64,000 nucleotides of DNA. It comes from an uncultured Planctomycetaceae bacterium (GTDB taxonomy: Bacteria; Planctomycetota; Planctomycetia; Planctomycetales; Planctomycetaceae). The notes below the pieces were generated by a model, which saw only the letters and a program-made list of their open reading frames with translations, had not been told where the DNA came from and made no database searches. Position numbers and translations under genes: made by a program. Shown here one piece after another: positions 27,517 to 37,173 of the stretch; the stretch's first letter is position 1, and each line of letters opens with the position of its first letter. The stretch spans positions 62,001 through 126,000 of the forward strand of contig CAXBME010000015.1 of assembly GCA_963976765.1 (NCBI GenBank), read 5' to 3'.

Positions 27517-30500
27517 ATGACGAAATTCTCCAAAGTTCTCTCGACTCTCCTCGTGGTGATGACTCTGGTGTCGCTCACCGCTTTCGATGCGAACGCACAG
27601 TTCTCCCGAGGTGGCGGCGATCGAGGTCGAGGTGGTCCTCCCGGTGGAGGACGAGGCCCCGGTGGAGGCAGCAGCCCGCTCGAACTGCTCGGTCGAGACG
27701 AAGTTCGCGGAGAACTCGGCCTCACCGAAGATCAACAGAAGGCGATCGGCGATTTGCAGGCGGGACTGCGCGACAGTCCTGAATTCCGAGACATCATGGA
27801 TCGAGCACGGTCAGCCGGCAGCGACGATGAACGTCGAGCCATCTTTGGCGAAATGCGGACAGTGATGGATAAGAAGCTTGATGCCATCATCAAGCCAGAG
27901 CAGAAATCGCGACTGACCGAACTGTCGCTCCAAAGGCAAGGGTTACGAGCGCTCGCAGATCCCGACACGGCTGGCCAGTTCAACATTTCGTCAGACCAGC
28001 AGGCGAAGATCGCCGAGTTGAATCAGAAGTACGAAGAAGAGCGGCGTTCGATCCGTTTTAATCGTGACATGAGCGAAGACGAACGTGATGCCAAATCAGA
28101 AGCGTTGCGTGTCGAGTTCGAGAAAAATGCGTCGGGGATTCTGTCTGCTCAGCAGCGGAGTGCTTTCGAGCAGAAGCAGGGAAAGCCTTTTGCGTTTGCC
28201 GATAGTCAGGGCGGAGCACCATCCGGACGTCCCACGACAACTCAAGCCGCTCCGACAGCGCTAACTCCTGCGGCCATCGCGCCCCCAACTCCAGAAACGC
28301 CGCCTGAAGGTGAAACTGCAACCGTTTCATTTGGCGGAGAAGCAGGCGAGGACGGAGCACCCGTTAAAGAGCTGTCTTTCAATTTCCGGTACGCTCCCTG
28401 GGCGGATGTGCTGACGCTTTTTGCGGAAGCTGCCGGCCTGACGCTCGATCTGAATGCTGTCCCGCCGGGCTCGTTCAACTACCGCGACAACCGCAAGTAC
28501 ACACCGATGCAGGCTCTCGACGTCCTGAACGGGTATCTGCTTCAGAAGGGCTACGTGCTGGTTCGTCGCGATGAATTCCTCGTCGTGGTCAACATCGACG
28601 CCGGCATCCCGCCGAATCTTGTTCCGACCGTTCCTCTGGAAGAATTGCCAGCGCGAGGTCGCAATGAACTAATGACCGTGCTCATTCCACTCGAAGGGAT
28701 GACCGCTGAAGAAGCGGCTGTTGAAGCTCGCGAGCTGCTCGGCCCTCAAGGCAAAGTCGTCGCTCTGAACAAGGCGAACAAGCTTGTCGTGACCGATATT
28801 GGCAGCAACCTTCGGCGAATCCACGGACTCATCACAGGTTTCGTCGTCGAAGACGGTGACAAGATTTTCCGTCGGTTCGAACTGGAGCATATCTCCGTTC
28901 TTGATGCGGATGCTGTCGTTCGCGACCTCTTCGGACTCGGAGCACGCGGCGTCGAAAACGTAAGCGGCTCGTCCAGAGGCAGCTACGATTCCCGTTCACG
29001 ATACGGCAGCAGCAGCTCCTCGTCGTCAAGAGACCCTCGTTATGGGACACCGGCACCGGCTGATGCAAATGCAGTCGTGACGCTGGCGATTGACGAGCGC
29101 ACAAATTCGCTGCTGGTGACCGCCAGCCCGGCGAACATCAAGATCGTCGAAGAAGCAATCGAAGCAGTCGATCTCCCGCCGCTGCCCGGCGCCGCGAGTC
29201 GGTCCAGTCGAGAGCCTTACCTTGAGGTCTACCAGCTCGAAACAGCCGACGCGATGGAAGTCACGAAGACGTTGAACGTGCTCTTTCCCGGCACGATCCT
29301 GAACGAAGACGGTCGGACGCGACGAATTCACATTAAAGCAACCGAGGAAATGCATCGCGACATTGCAGCAACCATTCGGCAGCTCGACGGCATTGGTGCC
29401 GGAGCCAGCCAGATGGCAGTCATTCCGCTCGGAAGAATGGACGCCTACACCGCGACGACGTCGATCCAATCGTTGTTCTACGCGGATGGAGACGGCGCTC
29501 CGGTCGTGCAGCCGCATCCTTCCGACAATGCTCTGATTGTCCGTGGCACCAACGAGCAGGTTACGCAGATCAAGCTGCTGGTCACTCAGTTGGAACCGGG
29601 TGAAGCTGGCGGGTACGGCGGCGAAGGGAATCTCCGAACAATCCCGCTGGGCGGTCGTGATCCGGAAGACTTTCTGCGAGCACTGGAGCGAGTCTGGAAC
29701 GTCCGCGGTCGTAACCCGATTCGAACGGTAATTCCGTCGGCCACCGGAGCCATCCGCGATCGAAGAATTCCGTCGACCACTTCTCCGTTCAGCCCGGAAG
29801 AACCAAAGGCAGCTCCAGCAGGCAACGACACCGAACGGCCCGCTCCCACGAACCCTCCGAAAGAAGCTTCGAACGACAAGCCGAACCAGTCGGCAGGACG
29901 AGCGGCGCCTTACGAAACTCAAGTCGCAGCCCGACTGGATGCTTCGTTTCTGAAGTCGGTGCCTGACGACCTGGCGTTCGCTTTCGCCGATGACCCGTTC
30001 AGCGAAGTTTCCTTCGCCGCCGATTCACAGGACGATGCGGCTGCTGGCAGCAACTCCGGCGATGCAGCCTCGGACAAAGAACTGCAGCAACTTTTTCTTG
30101 ACCTGAACACGACGAAAGCCGGACGGGACGCCGCCCCATCCGACAGCAACGCTCCGATCGCGATCACGATTCAGGGCGGTAATCTCGTGATTGTTTCTGA
30201 GGACGAAGCAGCTCTTGATCGGCTCGAAGATGTCATCGCCTCGCTCGCTTCGGCCATGCCGCCAAAGACTCAGTGGACGGTGTTTTATCTCCGCTCGGCA
30301 GACGCCACTCAGACGGCGTCAATCCTTGAAAGGCTGTTTCCAACGAGCTCGGTTTCGACTTCAGTAGGCAGCAGTTCGGACGGTGGTTTTATGAGCGAAC
30401 TGTCCGGAGGACTGTCGTCGATGGGGCGAGGCATCATGGGAATGAGCGGTCTGGATTCCGTTCTGTCAGGGCCGCAGACTTTGCGAATCATTCCTGACGT

Positions 30501-31263
30501 GCGTTCGAACTCGCTCTTCGTCAGTGGCCCTCCGCACCAGATCGATGAAGTAGAAGACGTTCTTAGAATCCTCGACGCGTCTGAACTGCCGGAACAACTC
30601 CGCGATCGTGCGCCGCGATACATCGCGGTCAAGCATGCGCAGGTTGACGAAGTCGCCGAGATCATCCGTGACGTTTTCAAAGAAGAGCTGACCCCACCTC
30701 AGCCCGCTCAACAGCAGCGAGGTGGCGGTGGAGGAGCAAACCCGTTCGCCGCCTTGATGGGTGGTGGTGGAGGATCCGCCGCGGCTGCGAAAGTGCAGAT
30801 GACGCTGGGCATCGACTACCAGAACAGCCGGCTCTACGTTTCGTCGAACGATCCAACATTTCAACAGGTTCAGGCGATGGTTGAGGAAATTGACTCAGCC
30901 GCGCTGGAAGCTCGACGAGCCATTCGAGTCGTACCGCTTCAACACGCCAGCTCGGCGATCATTCAGCAGACCATCGGCTCGCTGCTGCCTCGCGTTAAAG
31001 TCAGTTCAAGCTCAACCAGCAGCCGCGCCTCGTCATCAGGCGGCGGCAGCTCTGACTCGAACAACGATGCTCAACAGCAGGCCGCAGAGCAAATGCGGCA
31101 GCAGTTTATCCAACGTGCCTTCCAGGGGGGCGGGTTCCCCGGTGGAGGCGGAACTCCTGGTGGAAGCGGTCGGTCCAGTGGCGGAGGTGGAACCCGAGGA
31201 GGTGGAGGATTTCCTGGCGGCGGTCGGTCTGGCGGCGGAGGGCGTCCAGGCGGTGGTCGATAA
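27517..31263 (+). CDS. GspD-like protein made of secretin N-domains only
   Basis: Signal peptide, LTEDQQ helical region, N0-like LSFNFRYAPW and repeated N-domain motifs (DERTNSLLV, DVRSNSLFV). It ends in a Gly/Arg tail with no barrel. Confidence 0.8.
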   Translation: MTKFSKVLSTLLVVMTLVSLTAFDANAQFSRGGGDRGRGGPPGGGRGPGGGSSPLELLGRDEVRGELGLTEDQQKAIGDLQAGLRDSPEFRDIMDRARSAGSDDERRAIFGEMRTVMDKKLDAIIKPEQKSRLTELSLQRQGLRALADPDTAGQFNISSDQQAKIAELNQKYEEERRSIRFNRDMSEDERDAKSEALRVEFEKNASGILSAQQRSAFEQKQGKPFAFADSQGGAPSGRPTTTQAAPTALTPAAIAPPTPETPPEGETATVSFGGEAGEDGAPVKELSFNFRYAPWADVLTLFAEAAGLTLDLNAVPPGSFNYRDNRKYTPMQALDVLNGYLLQKGYVLVRRDEFLVVVNIDAGIPPNLVPTVPLEELPARGRNELMTVLIPLEGMTAEEAAVEARELLGPQGKVVALNKANKLVVTDIGSNLRRIHGLITGFVVEDGDKIFRRFELEHISVLDADAVVRDLFGLGARGVENVSGSSRGSYDSRSRYGSSSSSSSRDPRYGTPAPADANAVVTLAIDERTNSLLVTASPANIKIVEEAIEAVDLPPLPGAASRSSREPYLEVYQLETADAMEVTKTLNVLFPGTILNEDGRTRRIHIKATEEMHRDIAATIRQLDGIGAGASQMAVIPLGRMDAYTATTSIQSLFYADGDGAPVVQPHPSDNALIVRGTNEQVTQIKLLVTQLEPGEAGGYGGEGNLRTIPLGGRDPEDFLRALERVWNVRGRNPIRTVIPSATGAIRDRRIPSTTSPFSPEEPKAAPAGNDTERPAPTNPPKEASNDKPNQSAGRAAPYETQVAARLDASFLKSVPDDLAFAFADDPFSEVSFAADSQDDAAAGSNSGDAASDKELQQLFLDLNTTKAGRDAAPSDSNAPIAITIQGGNLVIVSEDEAALDRLEDVIASLASAMPPKTQWTVFYLRSADATQTASILERLFPTSSVSTSVGSSSDGGFMSELSGGLSSMGRGIMGMSGLDSVLSGPQTLRIIPDVRSNSLFVSGPPHQIDEVEDVLRILDASELPEQLRDRAPRYIAVKHAQVDEVAEIIRDVFKEELTPPQPAQQQRGGGGGANPFAALMGGGGGSAAAAKVQMTLGIDYQNSRLYVSSNDPTFQQVQAMVEEIDSAALEARRAIRVVPLQHASSAIIQQTIGSLLPRVKVSSSSTSSRASSSGGGSSDSNNDAQQQAAEQMRQQFIQRAFQGGGFPGGGGTPGGSGRSSGGGGTRGGGGFPGGGRSGGGGRPGGGR

Positions 31264-31527
31264 GTTGAGATTCTGTCGGTTAACCGTGGATCGCGTTGCG
31301 GGAATTGTCGTCTCGGAGCGACTTTCTAAAATGCAAGATGAACGGCGGTCCGCGTGACGCGTTCGTCAATATTCTCAAACAAATTGCGTAACCTTCGAGA
31401 TCTACTACCCTGTTAGGAGCGGTCGGCGTCGGACGAATTCGAGACTGAGCGGGCTTGCCCGTTTGCACACGTCGCGGCCAATGATTGAAACAGTAGACCT
31501 GTCTTATCTATCTGCGGGCGATGATTC

Positions 31528-33210
31528 ATGGAAATCAGCGAAGTTCTCATCCGACACGGCCTTTTGACGATTGATCAGGGAGATCAGGTTCGGAAGCAGG
31601 CGAACGGCCATCGGTTCGATAAGGCTGTCATCGAGATGGGCCTGTTGACCGAAGAGCAGACGCTGCGAGCTTTCGCGGATGAGCTGGGGATGAAATACGT
31701 CGAGCTCAAAAATTTCACCATCGACCCCGAGCTGCTCAATCTCTTCCCGACGTCGACAATCTATCGGCACTCGCTGTTGCCGCTGCGTCGTGAAAACGGT
31801 CGCGTCGAAGTCGCTACGAGTGACCCGTTCGACCTGGAAGCTCTCGACGAACTCAGCTCTCTGAGTAACCTGCGGCTGGAGCCAGTGCTCGCTCGGCACG
31901 ACGACGTCGTTCAGTTCATCAAAGAAAAGCTCGGCGTCGGCGGCGACACGATCAACGAACTCGTCAAACAGAAAACGGACGACGACGACGATTACCTCGC
32001 TGAAGCGTCGCGAGCCGATGGTGAACTCGCAGAGATGGCTCAGCAGGCGTCGGTCATTCGGCTGGTGAATGAACTTCTGCTGGAAGCTCTGCAACAGCAG
32101 GCGAGTGACGTTCATATCGAACCCGGCGAACGCGGCTTGCGAATTCGTTACCGCGTCGACGGAATGCTGCGCGTCCAATCTGTTCCTCCCGAGATCAACC
32201 AGTTCTTCGCGGCGATCGTCACCCGCCTGAAGATCATGTCCCGTCTGAACATCGCCGAGAAGCGACTGCCTCAGGACGGACGTATCGAACTCAAAGTTGC
32301 CGGACGCGACATCGACGTTCGAGTTTCAATCATCCCGATGCTGCATGGCGAAGGCATCGTCCTTCGAATTCTCGATAAAGGCCGCATGGTCTTTAACCTG
32401 AGCAGCATGGGCATGCCGGACCCGATCTATAAACCGTTCCAGAAACTGATCAGCCTGCCGCACGGCATCGTTCTGGTCACCGGCCCAACCGGTAGTGGTA
32501 AGTCGACGACGCTTTACAGCGCGCTCAACGAAATTCGCAGCCCGAATACAAAAGTCATCACGGTCGAAGACCCGGTCGAATACCAGCTCGACGGCATCAG
32601 CCAGATTCAGGTTCACAGTCGAATCGGCCTGACATTCGCCGCCGGACTTCGATCCATCCTGCGTCACGACCCGGACGTTATTCTGATCGGCGAAATTCGA
32701 GACTACGAAACGGCTGAAGCCGCGATCCAGGCATCGCTGACTGGTCACCTTGTTTTCAGCACGTTGCACACCAACGACGCGGCCAGTTCGTTCACCCGGC
32801 TGGTTGACATGGGCGTCGAACCCTACCTCGTCGCCAGTACCGTCGAAGGTGTCATGGCTCAGCGACTGGTTCGCCGCCTGTGCCTGCACTGCCGCGAATC
32901 TTTCCACCCGAGTCCCGACGATCTGCCGAAAGATTTTCCAAACCGGGACATCAAAGAACTTTTCCGCGCCGTCGGCTGCCGCGAATGTGGCGACACGGGA
33001 TACTCCGGCCGAATTGGTGCCTATGAGCTGCTTCTCAGCGACGACACGGTCCGCGAGATGTGTGGCGAGCGAGTCAGCTCGACAAAGATTCGCCAGTATG
33101 GCGTCGAACATGGAATGGTCACTCTCCGCCAGTGTGGATGGCTGCACGCGATGAACGGTACAACGAGCATCGACGACGTCCTCCGAATCACCAAAGGAGA
33201 CATTGTTTGA
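31528..33210 (+). CDS. gspE: T2SS/T4P assembly ATPase GspE/PilB
   Basis: [52 protein letters not shown] and Zn motif CLHC...CREC. Confidence 0.95.
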   Translation: MEISEVLIRHGLLTIDQGDQVRKQANGHRFDKAVIEMGLLTEEQTLRAFADELGMKYVELKNFTIDPELLNLFPTSTIYRHSLLPLRRENGRVEVATSDPFDLEALDELSSLSNLRLEPVLARHDDVVQFIKEKLGVGGDTINELVKQKTDDDDDYLAEASRADGELAEMAQQASVIRLVNELLLEALQQQASDVHIEPGERGLRIRYRVDGMLRVQSVPPEINQFFAAIVTRLKIMSRLNIAEKRLPQDGRIELKVAGRDIDVRVSIIPMLHGEGIVLRILDKGRMVFNLSSMGMPDPIYKPFQKLISLPHGIVLVTGPTGSGKSTTLYSALNEIRSPNTKVITVEDPVEYQLDGISQIQVHSRIGLTFAAGLRSILRHDPDVILIGEIRDYETAEAAIQASLTGHLVFSTLHTNDAASSFTRLVDMGVEPYLVASTVEGVMAQRLVRRLCLHCRESFHPSPDDLPKDFPNRDIKELFRAVGCRECGDTGYSGRIGAYELLLSDDTVREMCGERVSSTKIRQYGVEHGMVTLRQCGWLHAMNGTTSIDDVLRITKGDIV

Positions 33211-33275
33211 AGGCAGCAAGGATGAAGGCATAAGGCTGAACGGCCCTCTGCCTTCTGATTTCATCCTTCAACTTT
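33208..33275. repeat. Heptamer-periodic inverted repeat element
   Basis: A purine arm TGAAGGCAGCAAGGATGAAGGCATAAGGCTGAA faces a pyrimidine arm CTCTGCC-TTCTGAT-TTCATCC-TTCAACT. Confidence 0.6.
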
Positions 33276-33282
33276 TCCTCTT

Positions 33283-34491
33283 ATGCCAGAATTTCAATAC
33301 ACAGCGCGAGCGATGTCTGGTCAGGAAGTCAAAGGACTTCTGACGGCTGGAACCGAGACCGAAGTGATCTCGACGCTCTCTTCGCGCGAACTCTTTCCAC
33401 TCAGAATTGAACTCGCCGAATCAGCTAAGAGCGATGATCGACTGCGTGGGCGACGAGTCAAAGCTCGCGATCTGGCCACGTTCTATGCTCAGCTTAGCGA
33501 CCTCCTGCGGTCGGGCGTGCCACTGTTGAGATCAATCGAACTTCTTCAGCGACAGTCACGCAACAAAGTTCTGAAAGTGGTCCTGCAGGAAGTCCGCGAC
33601 GACGTTGCCAACGGAACGCGATTGGCCGACGCCTTGAGACAGCATTCAAAAGTCTTCTCCGAACTGGCAGTCAGTATGGTCAGAGCCGGCGAAGAAGGCA
33701 GCTTTCTGGAAGACGTGCTGCGGCGCATCGCCGACTTCACCGAGCATCAGGAAGACCTGAAGGGCAAAGTTGTCGGGGCGACGGTCTACCCGATGTTTCT
33801 GACCGTCATCGGAGGCGGGATTCTGACAATCATGATGGTCTGGTTCGTGCCGAAATTTGAGCCAGTGTTTCAGCGGCTGGAAGCTCGCGGCGAACTTCCG
33901 TGGGCAACGACAGCCGTCGTCACCATCAGCGACACGCTCGCCAATTACGGACTGGTAGTGGTTGGCCTTCTGGCGGCTGCCGGGCTGTTTGCCGTTCAGT
34001 ATTTCAATTCAGACGACGGTCGCATGGTTCTTGACCGAGCGAAACTCTCGGTACCGGGGGCAGGCAGAATCTATCGCAGTCTGGCCATTGCCCGTTTCTG
34101 CCGAATACTGGGAACACTGTTGAGCAACGGAGTTCCGATTCTCAACTCGCTGAGGATCTCAAAGGACGCGACTGGCAACAAAGTTCTGTCTAACGCGATC
34201 AACGACGCCAGTGATTTTATTTCCGCCGGTAAGTCGCTCGCAGAGCCGTTGCGGGCCAGTGGTGAATTCCCGGAAGAAGCTGTCGAGATTATCTCAGTCG
34301 CCGAAGAAGCCAACAATCTGGAAAAAGTTCTGGTCGATATCGCTGAGAGCATGGAGCGGCGGACCTATCGCTATCTCGAGCTATTTGTACGATTGCTCGA
34401 ACCAGCCATGCTGCTGGTTATGGCGATGCTGATTCTGTTTGTCATGCTGGGGCTGTTGTTGCCGGTCCTGCAGAGTTCGAATGTTCTTTGA
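33283..34491 (+). CDS. gspF: T2SS inner-membrane platform protein GspF/PilC
   Basis: LLRSGVPL, AGEEG, YP and LLEP motifs with three TM segments. Confidence 0.95.
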   Translation: MPEFQYTARAMSGQEVKGLLTAGTETEVISTLSSRELFPLRIELAESAKSDDRLRGRRVKARDLATFYAQLSDLLRSGVPLLRSIELLQRQSRNKVLKVVLQEVRDDVANGTRLADALRQHSKVFSELAVSMVRAGEEGSFLEDVLRRIADFTEHQEDLKGKVVGATVYPMFLTVIGGGILTIMMVWFVPKFEPVFQRLEARGELPWATTAVVTISDTLANYGLVVVGLLAAAGLFAVQYFNSDDGRMVLDRAKLSVPGAGRIYRSLAIARFCRILGTLLSNGVPILNSLRISKDATGNKVLSNAINDASDFISAGKSLAEPLRASGEFPEEAVEIISVAEEANNLEKVLVDIAESMERRTYRYLELFVRLLEPAMLLVMAMLILFVMLGLLLPVLQSSNVL

Positions 34492-34501
34492 TGTCCCGCT
34501 T

Positions 34502-34525
34502 CGGCCCTTCATCGGTGAAGGGCCG
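34502..34525 (+). promoter_or_regulatory. Perfect 10-bp hairpin upstream of gspG
   Basis: CGGCCCTTCA-TCGG-TGAAGGGCCG with no U-tract. Confidence 0.5.
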
Positions 34526-34605
34526 TACGAATTAAAAACTAAACACCAAACTGATTACCCCGCCCCGAGTGATTCTCGGCTTGCCCACCGAAGGAGAAAG
34601 TTCCA

Positions 34606-35064
34606 ATGAGATCTCAACGAAACAAAAAATCAACGCGTCGAGGCTTCACGCTGATCGAAGTCCTCCTTGTTCTGGCAATCATCGGTGTGATCGCCGCCTT
34701 CGCCGTCCCTCAACTTCTGGGTCAGCAGCAGGGGGCGATGATCGATGCGACGAAGATTCACATCCGAGACTTTGAAAAGAACATTCAGATGTACGCCGTC
34801 AAGCACGATGGCGTGTACCCGACTGGCGATTCTGAAACGGTCTTCAGTATGTTAATGCAGCCAGGAACTGACAAGTCAGGCCGCGAGTTGCAGCCATTCA
34901 TCGCCGAAATCCCGAAAGACGCCTGGGGAAACCCGCTCTACTACGAATACCCGCCGAGTGGTAATCGCCAGGGCTTGATCGACAAGCCAGCAGTCTGGTC
35001 AGCCGGGCCGAATCAGCAGGAAGGCGACGAAGACGACGTCATCAACTGGGCTCAGGATCTCTAA
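34606..35064 (+). CDS. gspG: Major pseudopilin GspG
   Basis: RRG|FTLIEV prepilin motif, then YP, DAWGNP, SAGP and DDV. Confidence 0.92.
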   Translation: MRSQRNKKSTRRGFTLIEVLLVLAIIGVIAAFAVPQLLGQQQGAMIDATKIHIRDFEKNIQMYAVKHDGVYPTGDSETVFSMLMQPGTDKSGRELQPFIAEIPKDAWGNPLYYEYPPSGNRQGLIDKPAVWSAGPNQQEGDEDDVINWAQDL

Positions 35065-35081
35065 GCCATTCACTCCATCAC

Positions 35082-35107
35082 GTAGGGTGCGTCGAGACGC
35101 ACCCTAC
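35082..35107. repeat. REP family A, full palindrome
   Basis: GTAGGGTGCGTC-GA-GACGCACCCTAC with perfect 12-bp arms. Confidence 0.85.
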
Positions 35108-35135
35108 AATTTCCAGTTGGTCAAAGTTTGTATCG

Positions 35136-35714
35136 ATGCAACGTTTTATTGTCAGAAACTCAGTAGCTTCACGCAGCGGTTATACGCTGATTGAGATCAT
35201 GCTGACGATGATGGTGCTGACTATTCTGACCTCACTGGCAGCATCGCCGCTGATGCAGAGCTGGCGCGATCAACAAACCGGATCGGCAACGGAAGAAGTC
35301 AGAGCGTTGCTGGCCGGAACCCGCATTCTCGCGCTGGACCGGGACGAAACCTGGCAGTTCGTGTACGAGCCTGGCGGGAATCATTACCTGCGAGTTCCGT
35401 TGACGGCAGCGGCAGACGAATCGGGAAATGGGACGGCGAACCAGGGCAAATTCTCCGACACGCTGCCCGCTCAAATTACGTTTGCAGAATCAGGCGGCGC
35501 GACGGGTTCAACCGTCTCGTCCGAACTTCTGAATGGACTGGCAGACGCAGGCGAGTTGAGCGGTGTTTCCTGGTCGGCTCCGATCCTGTTTTACTCAGAC
35601 GGAACATCGTCCGAAGCGGAATTTGAAATCGTTGATACTTACGGAAATTCGCGGACGGTCTCGGTGCGGGATTTGACAGGAGGCGTGACAGTCAGGGAAG
35701 GCACCAGCCTGTAG
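35136..35714 (+). CDS. Minor pseudopilin, GspH/FimT-like
   Basis: RSG|YTLIEI, ILFYSDGT and C-terminal LTGGV. Confidence 0.85.
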   Translation: MQRFIVRNSVASRSGYTLIEIMLTMMVLTILTSLAASPLMQSWRDQQTGSATEEVRALLAGTRILALDRDETWQFVYEPGGNHYLRVPLTAAADESGNGTANQGKFSDTLPAQITFAESGGATGSTVSSELLNGLADAGELSGVSWSAPILFYSDGTSSEAEFEIVDTYGNSRTVSVRDLTGGVTVREGTSL

Positions 35715-35725
35715 CAAGGTGACCA

Positions 35726-36205
35726 ATGAAGTCGGCAACCACAGAACATGCGAGGACGCTGACGCCAGATTTCAGGATCCGGCGAGGGTTCTCGTTGTTG
35801 GAAGTGTTGCTGTCGCTGGCGATCTTCCTGACCGCGTTCGTTGCTTTGAGTCAGCTCTCGTCGAGCGGAATGCGGACTGCTGTCGCCGCTCGCCTCGAAA
35901 CAAAGGCCATCATGCGATGTGAATCGAAACTCGCCGAGATTGTGGCAGCTGTCGAACCGCTTGAAGCCGTGACAGACCAGCCGTTTGAAGATGATGTCAA
36001 CTGGACCTGGTCGATGGAGACAGTCGTTGGTCCACATGCCGATCTTCAGAACGTAACGATCACGGTGAAGTACGATGGCGAGAACCAACAGGCGGGGACC
36101 AGCTATTCGTTGTCGCGACTGATTCGCGACCCGATTGTCTACGAACTGGCGGCAGCCGCGGCCGCTGCTGAAGAAGAAGCTGCTCTTGAGGGGGACGGTC
36201 TGTGA
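35726..36205 (+). CDS. Minor pseudopilin, GspI-like
   Basis: RRG|FSLLEV and operon position. Confidence 0.85.
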   Translation: MKSATTEHARTLTPDFRIRRGFSLLEVLLSLAIFLTAFVALSQLSSSGMRTAVAARLETKAIMRCESKLAEIVAAVEPLEAVTDQPFEDDVNWTWSMETVVGPHADLQNVTITVKYDGENQQAGTSYSLSRLIRDPIVYELAAAAAAAEEEAALEGDGL

Positions 36206-37173
36206 TGAATCGTCCGCCCCTCTCAACTCGTCCCAACCTCTCGGCAGCCGACCGAGTCGGTCGTCGTCTGCGACGAGGCAGCCAACGAATTCGCCACGCG
36301 GCATTTACGCTACTCGAAGTCATGCTGGCTCTTGGCCTCACAGCGACGCTGTTGACGGCCGTCTATTCGGCTCTTGAGCTTCACTGGAGGTTCTCAACCC
36401 TGGGGCAGGTCGAAGTCGAACGGGCTCAGATTGCGAGAGCCATCTTCACGAAGATGTCCGCTGACATTCGATCGACGATGTACGCACCACCGGTCGACGA
36501 GTACGTGCCCGATGACACTTCAGACACCGGTGACGACTCAGGCACTGAGTCGTCGACCTCAGACGCTGACGAATTTCTGGTTGAACCCATCGTCGAAATC
36601 ACCGATCCGGCTGAGGCGTACTCGGGAAGCAGCATCGGAATTTTTGGCGACGCCGTTTCGCTGGTTCTGCACATCAATCGACCCTATCGGCGAGACGCAG
36701 TAACGGACGGGCAAATGCTCAATCCGGCTTCGGAAAGTAACCAGAAATCAGTGTCGTATTTTCTAGCGGGGGGCGAAGGTTCGCTGGCGTCGATGGTGTC
36801 CGGCCAGTTTCAAACGAAACAGGAATACGACGACGGTATCGACGGACTGGCTCGGATGTCGGGTGACCGGTTTACGCTGACACTGGCTGACCAGCAGGGA
36901 GATATGATTCAAATGGCGTCGCAGACGAAGCTGCTGGCGGAAGAAATCAACTCGCTGTCATTCGAGTATCACGACGGAGTTGAATGGCTGACCGAATGGG
37001 ACAGCGACGTCCAGTTGCGTGTTCCCAACGCAATAGGAATCACAATCGGTTTTCGAGAACCGTCATATCCCGAAGGATCAATCCTTTATCACCAGCCAGG
37101 CGAATCAACGGACACCTACCGAATCGTTGTGCCGCTGGTTGTATCGAGTCCATTTGAGGGGTTGGTCTATTGA
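36202..37173 (+). CDS. Minor pseudopilin, GspJ-like
   Basis: AA|FTLLEV, C-terminal SFEYHDGVEWLTEWD...PNAI, and overlaps with both neighbours. Confidence 0.85.
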   Translation: MMNRPPLSTRPNLSAADRVGRRLRRGSQRIRHAAFTLLEVMLALGLTATLLTAVYSALELHWRFSTLGQVEVERAQIARAIFTKMSADIRSTMYAPPVDEYVPDDTSDTGDDSGTESSTSDADEFLVEPIVEITDPAEAYSGSSIGIFGDAVSLVLHINRPYRRDAVTDGQMLNPASESNQKSVSYFLAGGEGSLASMVSGQFQTKQEYDDGIDGLARMSGDRFTLTLADQQGDMIQMASQTKLLAEEINSLSFEYHDGVEWLTEWDSDVQLRVPNAIGITIGFREPSYPEGSILYHQPGESTDTYRIVVPLVVSSPFEGLVY

